From assembly GCA_028023455.1 (NCBI GenBank), contig JAQFVV010000003.1:17732001-17796000 (forward strand): 64,000 nucleotides of DNA. The letters are read 5' to 3'. The translations under genes were made by a program, and so were the position numbers. How positions within the stretch are numbered: the stretch's first letter is position 1; the number at the start of each line of letters is the position of its first letter. The notes under the pieces were generated by a model. It was not told the DNA's origin. It made no database searches and saw nothing but the letters and a program-made list of their open reading frames with translations. The DNA comes from Epiperipatus broadwayi. Lineage: Eukaryota; Animalia; Onychophora. Of this stretch, positions 39,035 to 53,096 are shown one piece after another.

Positions 39035-39641
39035 TAACTTATGATGATCCCATCAAATTAATCATATAGGTAAAGAATAAAAGTAACCATTAAGCAAAAT
39101 ATAAAGGTAATATAAATCACATCTAAGAAAAACAGAAACAACAGGTGATCAATGCAAAAAATAATACATGATTAGGGATATTAAATTTGATGAGGGTATT
39201 CCCCAGTTAATGTTCAAATGCAATACTGAGATACCTTGAGACTAACTAAAACACAGGAGTCAATCCATACCAATAGATGGATGCTCCAATATTTAGCTAA
39301 ACCTTCATGAATCCAGAAAGTCTTAAAAAGTAGCAGGAAAAAGGCTAGTAAATAAACCTATGTGCGATCTGTAACAGAGACACATTACTGGGTAAGTCTC
39401 CACCATAAAACTAGCAAAGCCCCTAAGTCTAGGTCACCCCATAAATGACATGGTCTAGCCATAAGAGAGATGATTAAAGTGCTCCAAATCACCGTAATAA
39501 AAAATGAAGCAATCAAGAAATAAGTGTAACAACCTTCATTCAATCTGAAAATAGCCCTATATCAGAGGAACACCAACACATTCATGAATGTTAAAATTTT
39601 AAATATAAATTAAATTTTTAACCCTGGAAGGAAAGTGGAGT

Positions 39642-40028
39642 TGTAAGGGTGATTTACAACCAACAGCACACCTGCACTAATCTACACCATACTAAGCCTA
39701 ATCAAGTAATTATCAAATAACAGTTATTCTTTGTCAAACATATATATATACAAAACATCATGATAAGCAAATTATTTCTTTTTAAAAAAAAGATGGTCTT
39801 AGATTTCTACATTAAGAACATAAATACACTCACATATATACACAATATGATTAACCACATATATACATAATATGATTAACCACAAGTGTCCTTAACTAAC
39901 CAACATTATGACATAGACAAAGATAAAATATAACAGATGATGCCTAATGTCAAGTATATTGCTAAGCAACCAGGCTTGAAAATGAAAAGATAATTCATCT
40001 TAATAATATTACATTGATTCACGTTACA
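39642..40028 (+). mobile_element. Candidate 3' LTR of the gypsy element
   Basis: Purine tract GGAAGGAAAGTGGAG lies immediately before TGTAA; the candidate end is TTACA. The end point is uncertain. Confidence 0.5.
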
Positions 40029-43000
40029 CAACAATAAACAAATACTGCAAGCACAGAAAATAAAAGCTATCACACAATCCTACCATGATTAAAACAAAAC
40101 CAAGGTCATATATACCACTTTAATTTTTATAATTACAAAGACTGCACAAGAAAGTCAACATCTCAATGGCCATATTTTTAAAACTAAACAAGATGGAAGT
40201 ATATGTTCAATTCTAAAATCGAATTTCAATCACACAAGATTAAAAGAAATTTGTTTTGTCCACCAATATAAATCAAAACATAAATACATCTAAGTTCTAA
40301 AAGAAAACTGAGTGATTTAAACTCATTATAAAGAACTCCAAGTTTGAATAAAATCATCACATGAAAAGAAATAAACAACAGCTAATAATCATCAAAAATA
40401 GTTCTTTTTTATTATGCCACTTCCCTATGCAGTGAAACAATCCTATAAAAATTATATATACTAACAAGAGTATTGCAATGTGGTCTGTACTGCAGAAGCC
40501 AGATGTCAGCTCTTCATGCCCATAGAAGCATTATGATAAATGGAATGCTTATCTTATTAAATACTGATCAAGAACAATGATCGTCATTGGATTTTCTGAA
40601 CTTTCTTCTAAGGAAATAACTGAACAATGCTGATGATTTACAATCCCAAAGTACATGTCTACTAAAACTATAGACAGTACATCACCCAAGATCTACCACA
40701 TGAACATAATGGACAGTGTTTGCCAGATTCAAGAATTTATTTTATTAATCCAATTGATTTGTATTTTCTTTATAATTTGTTATTTACCATCTTATTTTTT
40801 TTTTTTTTCGTTTTCTTATTTGCAAGCTCATGCTTCAGAAAATGGAAGAGTTTATTTTAAGCATAAAGGGGGGGGGATTACATTAAATAAATGTTTTATA
40901 GTATTAATTAAAATTTAGGTTTATTTACCTCTCCAGTAGCTTAACATCATCTGCCTGAATGTGGAATAAGGTAAGGATGATGTTCCACATTAAGAGCATA
41001 CTATAACGATAGAATAGAGTTTTTGTTATTTGTTGAATGTTTTACTAATATTTGTTATATATTTGTTTTTCTGTATATATGACTAATTTTCTGTAGTGGA
41101 TGATATTTCCTATCAGCATTAAGGAATTACACATAGGTATAGGGGGTCCTCTCCTCCAAGAAGGATGATCACAGACACCAAATGCTACTGTATGATGCAA
41201 CTGTAAATATATTAATTACTAAGTCAGATTCATGATCTTCTAAAATATTTTTTTATTATTTTAAACTTTGTAAATAAAGATTGCCAGGGTATAGACTTTT
41301 ATCACAGGATTTGGGATTAGAGTATCCATTGTATTTAGCTTTTAAGTGATAGAAAGCCATCCTTGACTCATACAATTATATATGTTAATATTGTTAAATT
41401 AGATTTGTTATTTAATAAATGTTAAGTTATTTCAATCAATATGATCTCTGCTTTGTCATCATCATTATGCATTCCCATCACTAAATATATATATGCTAAA
41501 TGTTAATATCCACACATTTCTCCTTACATATTTTGGGAGAGTGCGTTTATTGATCCTCACTTATATAGAGGTCCAGTAGTTGTTAACTTGAGCAAGCTCA
41601 TACTTGAAGAGAGCTGAGTATGAATTCTCTGAGTTCAAATACTGAGACATAATGGAGACAGAAAGGAGAATGTGATGTGCACAAACTAGTCCAAATTACA
41701 TCTAGATTTAATGAGTAAACATTGAGGTAGACCACTGAAGGTAGATGTGATAATAGGCTAAGCAATTTGTCGTGCCATCACCAGCATCCTACATAAAGAT
41801 TCAGAGTCCGACCATAGTTTGATGTGCCCCCTCCTTTCTTGTGACAATGATCAGCCAACTACTATATATATATGCATGTGATTTTGGATTTTGTTAACCA
41901 TTTCTCATCTGAATTTATATTTACCCATAATTTTGGTCATTTATTTGAAAAAAATATTAAACAATTAAAACCTAAGATGCATTTGAGGCAGAATTATGTA
42001 CTTTTCACTTGGCACGGGTTATATGTTCTTAATGTTTTCATCAATAATGCTCAGTATTTGTCTATAAAAAAATAATTATAATTCAATTTATAACTACTAC
42101 ATTTTTAGCACAACCCATCTGAGAACTTCATTTTTAGATAAATATTATTAAAAACCGATAATAATTACAACTGTAATATCACTGAACTGTAGTATACAGT
42201 ATTAAATGTAATATTAATCCTGTTTAGTACTGCCTTTTAAACTAATAACTTATCAAGCTAAAAATTATTATACTATTTTTGCTCAAATGTAAATGTTAAA
42301 CTTTATAATATTAAATACAGCTGCATATTATTAATTTAATTTTATCCCTTCCCCTATAAATATCATTAGAATTCTAAGGGTAAAGGCAATTTATTTTTGT
42401 TGGCTATATCTAAAATAAAAGATTTAATTTTAACAGTATTTTACAATGTGCTCTTCTTGAACTTCTGAACACTTTTTGCATCAATTTACAATGTTTTGAT
42501 TCTTTGAGTAAAGTAGGAACAAACTAACTTTCTGAAGCTGTAGATATACTATTTCTTTCATCTCTAGTGACATCTTCTATCCTCATCAGAAGCACATTAT
42601 AAGCAATGGATTAAATCAAAGGTCTTTAGATGACAAGTGTGATCATGAGTCAGTGACCACTAGTGGTTTCATCATCTTTTTGCTTTCACATATATATATA
42701 AATATATGAAATCATTAAAAATATACAATGTTTCAGTATCAATTTTATATAGATATATAAAATAGTTGATTGAGTTGTGTAATAGAATACAAACATTTGT
42801 GACTATTGGATAAAACATGGTGCAAAACTTTATGACCACTTACCAAAGAAAAAGTCAAATGACTAAAGAATGATTGCAAAAATCTAACACATTATGACTT
42901 AGTGTCCATTGATTTTATCTTGCCTGTTTTAGTGTAATGATGGAGTGGTTAGCTCTAAAGTCAAACTCCATGAATGCAGCCCAGCCCTTTCACTGCCAGT

Positions 43001-43169
43001 GTTTAAACTCCTTATAAACTTGTGAACAATAAACTATTTGATTATCTTTAATGCAATAATAGAGTGGTGGATTCTGGGGTTTAAGATTTATGGATTGCAG
43101 CTCTAGCTTTGTCTCTTCCATTAATGGTTGAATTTCTTATGAACTCATAGCAATTAACTCATGATTATT

Positions 43170-44842
43170 TGGTAAAAGCCTGAAATCTGGGCAAAGCCGC
43201 TTGGAGCGTTGATGCTAGACAAAATCAATGAAATATAACGTTACCGGGCTGCCACAACTTTTTCTTTTTTTAGACAATAAGGTTTTTTTTTTTTCTAATA
43301 TTGATTAAACCAATAATTTTTATTTCATTTAGAACATGATTTCTTTATTATTAAACAAATTTTGATATTCATTTTCGTTACTTTTTGTGGGTTTTTTGGA
43401 ACCTGACTGACATTTTTTCAACAAATTTTGCTAATTGTATTTTTTTCTTTTTATCATTTGAAAAATTCAGACCGTTTCACGATGTCAAAAAATTTGTTTG
43501 AATCCCACCGCCGAAAAAATAGAATACAATTATTTGCGACTTGTTTAGAACTTAATTCTACCTTTATTTTTATTTTTTTTTGGCTTGACTTAATGGTTTT
43601 TCTTATTATTATTAATTTTACTTTTTTTAAAAAAACACAACTTGTTTTCACTTTCATTTAGATTATGTTTGAATTAGCCCTTTTGGGGGGGGGGGGCTAC
43701 TACAAGAAACAGCTTTTTGAGTGGGGGAGGGGGGATATTCATACTGTTATTATTAACAAAAAGGCAACAAAAATAGTCAATTATTTTAACAGCGCTGAAA
43801 AAAGAGAATCAACTTTGGGACTTGTTTCAAATTTTGATTTCTTTTTGTTTGACGTAATTGTTTTTCTTAATATTAAATCAAAATTTACTTTTGTGTTTTT
43901 GCCGATTAAAAAATTGTTTTTAAACACCCACACACTCGGAAAAAGAATTGTAACCAAAAAGTCAAGAATTTAACTTTTTTTCTTTTTTTTAAACAACTTT
44001 TTACTTTGATTTCTATTTCATTTGAATTAACTTCTTTTTTTTTAGCCTTCTACAATAAACTGCTTGTGGGGGTGGGGGGGTATTTCGTAATTTGTTATTC
44101 TTAACAAAAAGTCAACCAAAGTCGTCATTTATTTTAACTCCGCTGCAAAAAATTGAATCCAAATACTTGTCAATTTCTAATGAAATAAAAAACAATAAAA
44201 AAGGACACAAACTTTGGACTTTTTACAAATATTTATTCGATTTTATTACTGTAATAAAAAGTGGACATTACGTGTGCCTAACAAAAAAAAAAAAAACAAC
44301 ACAATCTCACACACTTTCTGTACTCGGCAATTCTGAAGAAAAGTTTCAAAATTGCATGTTCATCTCAGACCTTTTAGTGGTCTCGAATATTTTCCTCACG
44401 CTGAAATGTGACTTAGCGCGTGAGCTTTGTCGAAGCCTGTTCAAACATACACTTTGCCAATTTTTTACATATTAACCTTTTTTTCGGGAAGGGTGGGGAC
44501 CATATGACAATTATTAATAATTAACAACATTTTTTAAATCGAAATGACATTACTCTATTACGGAGATTTGAAAAAGTCATACTGCCTTGAAATTTAAACA
44601 CCCTCAAGCGATACAGTAATCAGCTATGAATAGAACGAATATGCGTAAATAGCTTCGAAGCACAAAACAGGTCGTAATATTTTTGTGCAATGACATGTAA
44701 AGCAGCCTAGCTCAATGGGTTAATACAATACGTAAATGTTGTATTAGCCTGTAAGGCCGCAGCCGCCGAAATGGCATTTTTATGTGTTTTGACACGTAAA
44801 CAATGCCCCAAGTGGCCGTGCCCGTATTTCAGGCTTTTACCA
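43170..44842. mobile_element. Non-autonomous TIR DNA transposon, superfamily unassigned
   Basis: Left TGGTAAAAGCCTGAAATCTGGGCAAAGCCGCTTGGAGCGTTG versus right (reverse complement) TGGTAAAAGCCTGAAATACGGGCACGGCCACTTGGGGCATTG. Flanked by ATTATT on both sides (43164-43169 and 44843-44848). CpG-rich, no convincing ORF. Confidence 0.8.
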
Positions 44843-45534
44843 ATTATTTTTTTAACTCAATGTCACATCGTAGTTCACAGTGTAAAAAGAAAATATATTA
44901 TTAGTGACAACTAATGTAAACTGGAGAGAAAATCAATGAATATTTGTTCATTTACCACCCTTAGTTATGCTTTCAAATTTTAATTCAGAGCACTTATGCA
45001 TATCCAGAACAAACCTTTAGCAAAATTATTCTGGCTGAGGTTAAATTTTTAAATATATTTTTCCCTTAACCCTGATATTTACCACTACCTTCATTTCTAA
45101 ATATATTTTTGAATTTAATGCTTTTTTGGTTTCTGCCCAAAGAACTGATTGTTGCACAATGTTGAGCAATGATGATATTATGAGGTGAATTACCAAGCAC
45201 TTGTGATCTGAGAAAAATGGTTGTCTTGCATAAATTTGTCTATCTCTAGTTAAAACATATCACTGATAGTCATCACTTACAGCTGCCATTTTTTTAATGT
45301 ATTGTCTTTTTATACATATAAATTCCAGCACACTTTTTCAAGCTGGATTTAAAGTATGTGATTCATTGTAAAAACACAGATCAATTTCTTAGACTATCTC
45401 CTATAATACAAACAATCATCTGTTATTGTGAAGATTTACTGATACAATTACACATTACCTGGCATATGATGATTAATTACATATTTCTTTTGGACTTTTA
45501 TAATGTTTGACGAGATGTGTTATATGTGGAATAG

Positions 45535-47990
45535 AGATCATCATCATCATCATTATCAACCATCATCAATCAATCTACTGCAGGATGAAGGTCTCTTCAA
45601 GTTCAATCCATCTTCTCCAATCTCTAGTCTCTCTTCTCCACATCACCCCTGCACATTTTATTATTTCATCTATCCATCTCACATGTGGTCTCTTTCTGGG
45701 TCTTTTACAATCTCTTGGAATCCAGTTTACGATTTCAATTGTCCATCTATTACCATCTCTTCTAGCAATATGTCTTGCCCAACTCCACTTCAGTTTTTTA
45801 ATTCTTTCAATAATATTAATAATACCTGTTTGTTCTCTTACCCTTATATTGCGCTTTTGATCTCTTCTTACACCTAACATGCATTCCGAAAGTCTCTGTA
45901 TTTCTTTTTTATTAAATGTTCAAGCCTCAGCTCAATAAGTAAAAATTAATATAACACATTTATTAAAAACCTTCCTTTTCAAACAGGTATATTTCTTTTT
46001 AATATTAAGTTATTTCTACCAAAAGCACTCCAACCAAGTTTAATTCTACAATTAATTTCAACTATGATGTTTCCATCTGTAGTAATAATCTCACCAATGT
46101 ATTTGTAGTTGTTAACTTCTTCTAACTCAACATAAACAATTTCATCTTTTGAAAAAATCCATTGAACATTTAACACTTACCTTTAGTCCTACTTTCTTAC
46201 TTTCATCTAATAACTCATGCAATGTTTCCTGAAACTCTAAAGCATTATTTAAAAAAACAATTACATCATCTTCAAAACCTATATGACTTAAATAAGCTCC
46301 ATTTCCTTTTACTCTTTTGGCTTCCCATTTTAATCCACAAAATACTTCTTGCAGCACTGCTGTAAAAAAAATTTTGAGATATAGAGTCACCCTGTCTTAA
46401 ACCTTCTCGATATTAACCTTCCTAGTATCATTATGTAATCTAATTGGTACTGTTTCATTTTTATAAATATTCTTCAGAATATGACAATATCTTGCATCTA
46501 TACCTTGATGATCCAATGCTTTAATCATTAAAAAATGCTTATAGAATCAAATGCTTTTTCATAATCTACAAATCCAAAGCATAATGGTCCTTTCTATAAC
46601 TTCTCTCAATACCTGGATATGATCTACTGTACTAAAACTACTTTTAAATCAAGCTTGTTCTCTCGATTGGTTGAAATCCAGTGTTCTCTGTAGATGAGCT
46701 GTAATTATCTTGGTAAAAATTTTGTATAAAACTGATAAAAGGCTGGTAAGTCTGTAATTTTTAATATCTTCTTTATCACCTTTTTAAAATATTAATATTA
46801 ATACTGCATTCTTCCAATCATTTGATACATCTTTATCATTTAGACTTTTGGTATATAACTTTGCCAAAAAAAATTCTATTTCTTCACCTGCTTCTTTTAA
46901 TATATCAATTATAATTCTATCATTACCTGGAGCTTTCCCTTTCTTCATAAATTTAATTGCATGTCTAACTTCTTCATTTAAAATTCTGGGCAATTCAGAA
47001 GATATAATAAATGTAGGAGGTACTTGTTCTTTATTACTATATAATTCTTGATAGAACTCTTCTATCCATTTCATGATGTCATCTCTTTTTAGTAATAGTA
47101 CCATTTTTTTTCTTATTGCAAATATAAGTTTCCTAATACCAAAATGTTTTTTACATTCTTGAAACTTTTATTCTCTTCTACAGTTTTCTTTGCTAGTTCA
47201 CAATTATATTTTCTTATATCATTATCAACTCTTTTTCACATCATTTTATAAAATTTGAGGTATTCAATCCTTCTTAATGCATCATTTTTAGATATCTTCA
47301 TATTCATTCTTTTCTTTATAGTCTCAGTAGAAATTTTATTGTTTAATTGCTGTTTTTTCCTACCAGATATTTTTGTTACAGTTTTTAAAAGTATATAGTT
47401 ATTTTTCTATTAATTTCATTCAAAATTGAATCATATTCAAAATCTACTATACTTGAAAATGATTTGTAAGTTCTAACTTAAATTCATTTGAATGTTTCTG
47501 AAGATTAGGAGTATCAATTGTAAATATTGTTTTTCTTAATAATTTTTGTCTCTCTAGTTTTGCATTAACATGTATCTTACATCTTACTAATCGATGATCA
47601 CTTCCTGCCTTAAATTTACTAAGAACATTACAATCTTGAAATATGTATTTTCTGTTAGACAAAATATAATCCAATTCTGCTGTACCTTCATTTGGATGCT
47701 TCCATGTCCATTTCCTTTTAACAGTTTTCTCTAAAAAAGAATTCATAATATAAAGTTTTTCTTTTTCTGCAAACTCCACAAGTCTAAGTCCTCTCCATTT
47801 TTATTACCATAACCAAATTTACCTACAGCACTTTAACTTGTTTACCAATTCTAGCATTAAAGTCTCCCATATCAATTTTAAAATGTTATTTAGTCTGATC
47901 AAAAGCCTTTTATATACCCATATAAAAATCTTCTACTACTTCATCACCATGAGAACTTGTTGGGGCATAAACCTGAATTATCTATTTATT
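45535..47990 (-). mobile_element. RTE-type LINE (APE endonuclease + RT), degraded, with (GAT)n 3' tail
   Basis: APE: LYIMNSF...KWTWKHPN...LDYILSN...SDHRLVRC. RT: KAPGNDRI, DWKNAV, FVDYEKAFDS, FEDDV. C-terminus: KWSWARHIARRDGNRWT...KRPRKRPHVRWIDEI. A (GAT)n tail lies at about 45537-45555. Confidence 0.93.
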
Positions 47991-50129
47991 TATCATATTA
48001 TGTATTTCGATGAAGATGGTTGGATATAATATTTAATTATGATTGTGTGCTGGTTAGAATTCACACAATAAAAGATTAGCAAAACATAAATGAAAATAAG
48101 TAAATATATTTCTCTAATAAAAGCATTCAAATCTCGACCACATTTAACAATTACATATATTATGGCAAACAGAATTATGTCGTGGAAAGATATTGGTTTG
48201 CATTTTTAAACACTGACCATTTTTAATTTATGACTAAAAAAAAGTGCATGTGATTAGATATAATTTGCATATGATTATTAATTTTATACATATAAAGAAG
48301 ATTGTTTATGTTTAGATGACAAGTTCCATGTATAATATAAGGTCTAAAACTATCTAATTAGATATAAATAATAAATCTTCAAACTTCCCAGATTAAACAA
48401 TTTAAGACAAAAGCAGTTTCCTAATTTACTGGTATCTAAATCTTGAGTAATCAATTCTATTAAACATACATAAAATTCCTATTTTTAGAATTTAAATTTC
48501 TATCTTTGGATCAGTTTTTGGTTTTTTGTCTCTATCAATGGGACTTGGTTTATTTATAGCTCATGGGGGTTTATATTTACTTCTGCTTTAATTTTATATA
48601 CATTAATCTATGATTATTTATATTTAGAATTACTAAATTGATGGTTTATTTAATATTTAGGAATTGTTAAAACTAAGATAAGACACTACTTTAATCCTCT
48701 GAATGTATAAATAGTGATTTCAAAATAGTTTGTGCTATACAATACATCAATAAATGAATACTTAAATACAATCAGTCAATAGAATATGAGACATCATTCT
48801 ATTTCTTTCATTTACTGATTGAGAATTATTAATTTGCACATAGTCATGAGGGATTAAAGTTACTTCTTTAATTCTGTATATATATATATGTGTGTGTGTG
48901 TGTGTAACTTTATCAATATTAGTATTATATTTAACAAACTATTTTGATTTAAAAAGCTTTTAATCAACATACTTTATTTGGGTCAATTTATATATGGCCC
49001 TTGGATTCAAAGTAAAACAAAATTAATTACATAGATAAAAAAAAAAAAAAAAAGGTTATCAAAGATTAAGATGGAGTGGATAGCTGTAGGGCGGTTGAAA
49101 GCCTGTATAGACAATATACTTATATTTAAATATTAAAATGCATTTTTCTAATTTGATTTATGATGGGTGGGATGGGGATATCTATATTAAAACAATATTT
49201 TTCAGCAATACAGTCAGGATTGAATTAAATCTTTATGTACATATATAATTAGAACCATTTCAATATAAAGGGTTCCATAACATAGCAGATGGGTTGAACA
49301 GCATTAAGAATAACCAACCTAGTTAATCATTCAGTATTGATTGGTAAAAAGGTGTATAAATATATAATTATCCGTATAAATAATTAAGTAGAGAAATTAT
49401 TAGCAAATAGTGGGAGAGATGTTGTAGTTCTATGGGTTCGGAAATCATGGTTAACCATTATCATTTCCATGAACTCTTAATAATGGGAAACTATGTTAGA
49501 GTCGCAGATTTTCCATTATTAAGTTTCACACTCATTACTCTAAAATCTGCTAACATTTATGTAGATATCATGTTAGCATTTATTTATTTTTTACTGTGTT
49601 CTTTCATTTTTTTTTTGTTGTTGTTGTTGTTGTTACTAATTCATTTACTCCATTACTCACTAATTTTTAAACTAGAAATGGTAACTCCCTACCCCTCTCT
49701 CAATTTCTCTCTTCCTCTCTCTCTTTCACACATACCATATAAAAATTTTAAATAACAGTCACACTAACATTTGGAAAAAATTATAATTTTTATACAAGAC
49801 TAATTAATGAAGCTACTGTGGTGTAGTTTGGAGCAGTGAGAGAATAGAGGACTCTGTAGCTCAAGATCCGTGGATTGCAGCTTAGTCTAACACTTCCGGT
49901 ACTCGGTCTGCATGAGAATTTTCATCTAAACTACGGAACAAGAAATCTTTGATTACAAAAAAAGTAAAATAAATAAATGTATATTATTATAGATCTGTTT
50001 ATATTTGCAATCATATGGATCAACATGAATATCAGAATATGAATGGAAAAAAAAAAAAAATAGGGAAAGAAGTTTGTTTATACATATATATATATTAGGA
50101 ATCATAATAAAATGTTTCGATATAAAAAG

Positions 50130-50878
50130 GGATAAGTGCAGGAAATATTACAGGAGTCGTTCCAAAGCAAAAATCTTGCAGGAGTTATCAGATGAAAGTA
50201 GGACTAAAGATAAAGGTTAAAAAGACTAAAGTAATGTTCAATGGATTTTCTTAAAATATGAAAATAAAGATTGATTATGATGAGTTAGAAGAAGTTAACA
50301 GTTACAAATACCTTGGTCAGATTATTAATACAGATGGAAACATAATGGATGAAATTAAGCATAGAATTAAACTTGGTTTGGAGAGCTTTTGTAGAAATAA
50401 CTTTATACTAAAAGGAAATATGCCTATGTGTTTGAAAAGGAAGGTTTTTATTAAATGTGTTTTACCAGTTCTTACTTATGGATCTGAGACTTGGACACTT
50501 AATAGAAGAGCAATACAAAGACTTCAGACTACTCAAAGAAGTATGGAGAGATGCATGTTGGGAATAATAAGAAGAGATCGAAAACGCAATATATGGGTAA
50601 GAGAAAAAACAAGTGTTACTAACCTCATCAAAAAAATTAAAAGACTGGAGTTGGGCTGGACATATTTCTAGAAGAGATGATAATAGATGGACAATTGAAA
50701 TCTTAAACTGGATTCCAAGAGATTGTAAAAGACCCAGAAAGAGACCATATGTGAGATGGATGGATGAAATAAGAAAATGTGCAGGGAGAAGCTAAAGATC
50801 AGAGAAGATGGATTGAACTTGGAGAGACTTTCAACCTACAGTGTATTGATAATGTTTGATGATGATGATGATGATGAA
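50130..50878 (+). mobile_element. 5'-truncated RTE-type LINE copy with (GAT)n tail
   Basis: LEEVNSYKYLGQ...VLPVLTYGSETWTL...TQRSMERCMLG, WSWAGHISRR...RWMDEI. (GAT)n at about 50859-50876. Confidence 0.93.
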
Positions 50879-51699
50879 GTGATTAAAAAAACTCTGCTCT
50901 AGAGCTTTTGTTAAAACACTAATCAAATTCGTAAAAAGGAATTTTGTTTCAGTAGTGAAAATATAATTTTCCAATTCTATTGAAATTTACTCTAATACAG
51001 TTTTCCCCTTTTTTAAAATCATTTTTACTTATCGCAGAAAAATAATTTAATGACTTTAAAATCGAAAAAAAAAAAATTTTCAGTAGTAAAGTTTTTAAAA
51101 TAGTTACCATATCCTCCCAAAGATGTCACGACACACCAATTGCATCACTTCAGCTATATTATACCAACAATTTCATTAAATTGCATATATTACTGTTTGT
51201 TTTTCCTTTTAACTGTCTAATATACGTTTTTTTTTTTTTTAAAAAATCATAAAAAATAAATAAATATTAAAAATTATTAGAATAAAAAAGGGTTTAAAGA
51301 CAGATTAAAGCAGAACTTATAATGTTCAGTAAATCATTATTTGAAGGAGAAATTTCAAAATAACAAAAAAATGTGATAATTCACGGGGCGTAAATTGTTG
51401 TTTTAAAGCACAGGCTGAAATCATTAGAAACTAATTTGAATAAATAAACAATGTAAGGATCACGCATTAGTTTGTAGATTATGTTTACAAGTAGGGAATA
51501 ATATTCAAACTTTAAGAGACAAAAGTTAAAAGACGTTAACTAGAAATTAGAATTGTAAATGTTTTTAAAATAGAGACTTTAAACAAAAAAAAAAAAAATC
51601 ACACTTTCCCTCCTTTCTTAAAGTAATTTACAATTAAAAATTAACGATTCCTGATATAATTAATAGCTTAAAGATGACGGGTAAATTAATAAATTCTTT

Positions 51700-52250
51700 A
51701 TGAAAATGTATAAATAGCTCATAAATATTTATAACGTATATATATCAGCTATTTGTGCAATAGGGTACTATAACCACGAGATAACGTTAGATCATCATCA
51801 TTGGTAATTTGTTACAGTGTGTCATTCTGTTAAACACCATAAACTTTAATAAATCTTATCATTAAGATATTCGAGATTTTAAACAACGATATGCTAAGAG
51901 CAATAACGCTTTATGTGATTGCTTGAACAAAACATTCGATGTCTTCATTGAGAATTTAACGTATCAAATAGCAAAAAAATACGTTAATATATATATTATC
52001 ACTGTGTTTTGAAGCTTAAGCGCACATATTTCCACTTCACAGCGTTTTAGTTTTTCTTTTCTCTACTTGTTTGTATCTCATTGCGACTGAGCACAAAAGT
52101 AAATTTAGTAAGTGAAATGTTAACATTAGCCTATTCCCATAAAATAAAAACCTAATAGTTTATTGTACAAGAACTTCGAGCACCAGATATAACGGACTAG
52201 GACTGCGAGTTCCAAAATTCGCCATTCTCTTACTGGCATAAACCATGCAA
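51700..52250. promoter_or_regulatory. CpG-retaining, promoter-like region
   Basis: About 16 CpG counted by eye in 550 bp, far above the flanking density. No TIRs seen. A YY1-like AATGGCG (minus) lies near 52222-52228 and a GTAAGT donor-like site (plus) near 52108. Confidence 0.35.
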
Positions 52251-53096
52251 GACAATTTCTAATAAGCATAATTTAATAGTTATGAAATTACATATACACA
52301 TTAAGGTATAATTAGAAGAAACTATAGACATTTTATTGGATTTTCTATTGAAAGATCACATAACAAAAAAAATAAATCTCGATGATCTGTACATAATTCT
52401 TAGCCTGCTCTTTGGTGGTAAGACTCATCAGAGTTATCTTCTTGTTCATTATTCCTGCTCTCCTCACCGTTATTAATCCTTCTGTCCATTATATGTGAAG
52501 TCTTTCTTTAATAAGCCATATGAAGTTTTCATTGTTTTAGCACTAATTATGGGATTATGTTAGCAAATACTTTATTTTCTTTATATACACATATATTTAA
52601 TGGAGAAGTTTTTTCTAACAAAATACTTGTTGTGTTTAGTCTAAATCATATATAAACACAAATTGTGTGTAAATACATTTTATAATATATATATTAGTGA
52701 AACATGAACCTATTTGCAATAGCTATAATCTGCCTGCTACCATTTGATGAAGTATAGCTCCTAATTCTAGTGTAAACTGTGGAAAAAGGGATCATATGTG
52801 CCCTTATGGATTTCCCTACCACTTCCAGCTGTAATTTGGCACCCTGTCTCATGAATAGATATGGTGACACTTCTGGGTGTACTATGACAGCTTGTCTTTT
52901 GTCAGAATTTGGTTCTAGCAGCTTTCAGTCCTGAAAGAGTTACTTTGCGGAGTTAATGGTTAGTTTTGATAACTATTGTCTGGAGAACACATGTATACTA
53001 CAGTTCAGGTTTAACAGTTGTTCTTGGTGAGCACATGTATAGTCATTCAACTATGTGACAGTTGTTGGAGGAAATGAAGATTCTGTCTTTCAGCCT

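Noticed and set aside
45503-45877. Plus-strand ORFs with poly-His or poly-Ile (also 46848, 22526, 56023)
   Set aside because: These are antisense shadows of the RTE ORF and its (GAT)n tail.
49815-49950. Possible tRNA-derived SINE sharing AAGAT...TGGATTGCAGCT with 43085-43110
   Set aside because: The shared stretch is short and the B box is unclear, so support is insufficient.
52740-52900. Minus-strand peptide resembling an APE endonuclease end (YTRIRSYTSSNGSRQII)
   Set aside because: Needs a frameshift and has no supporting upstream motifs. The adjacent sequence is better explained as gypsy.
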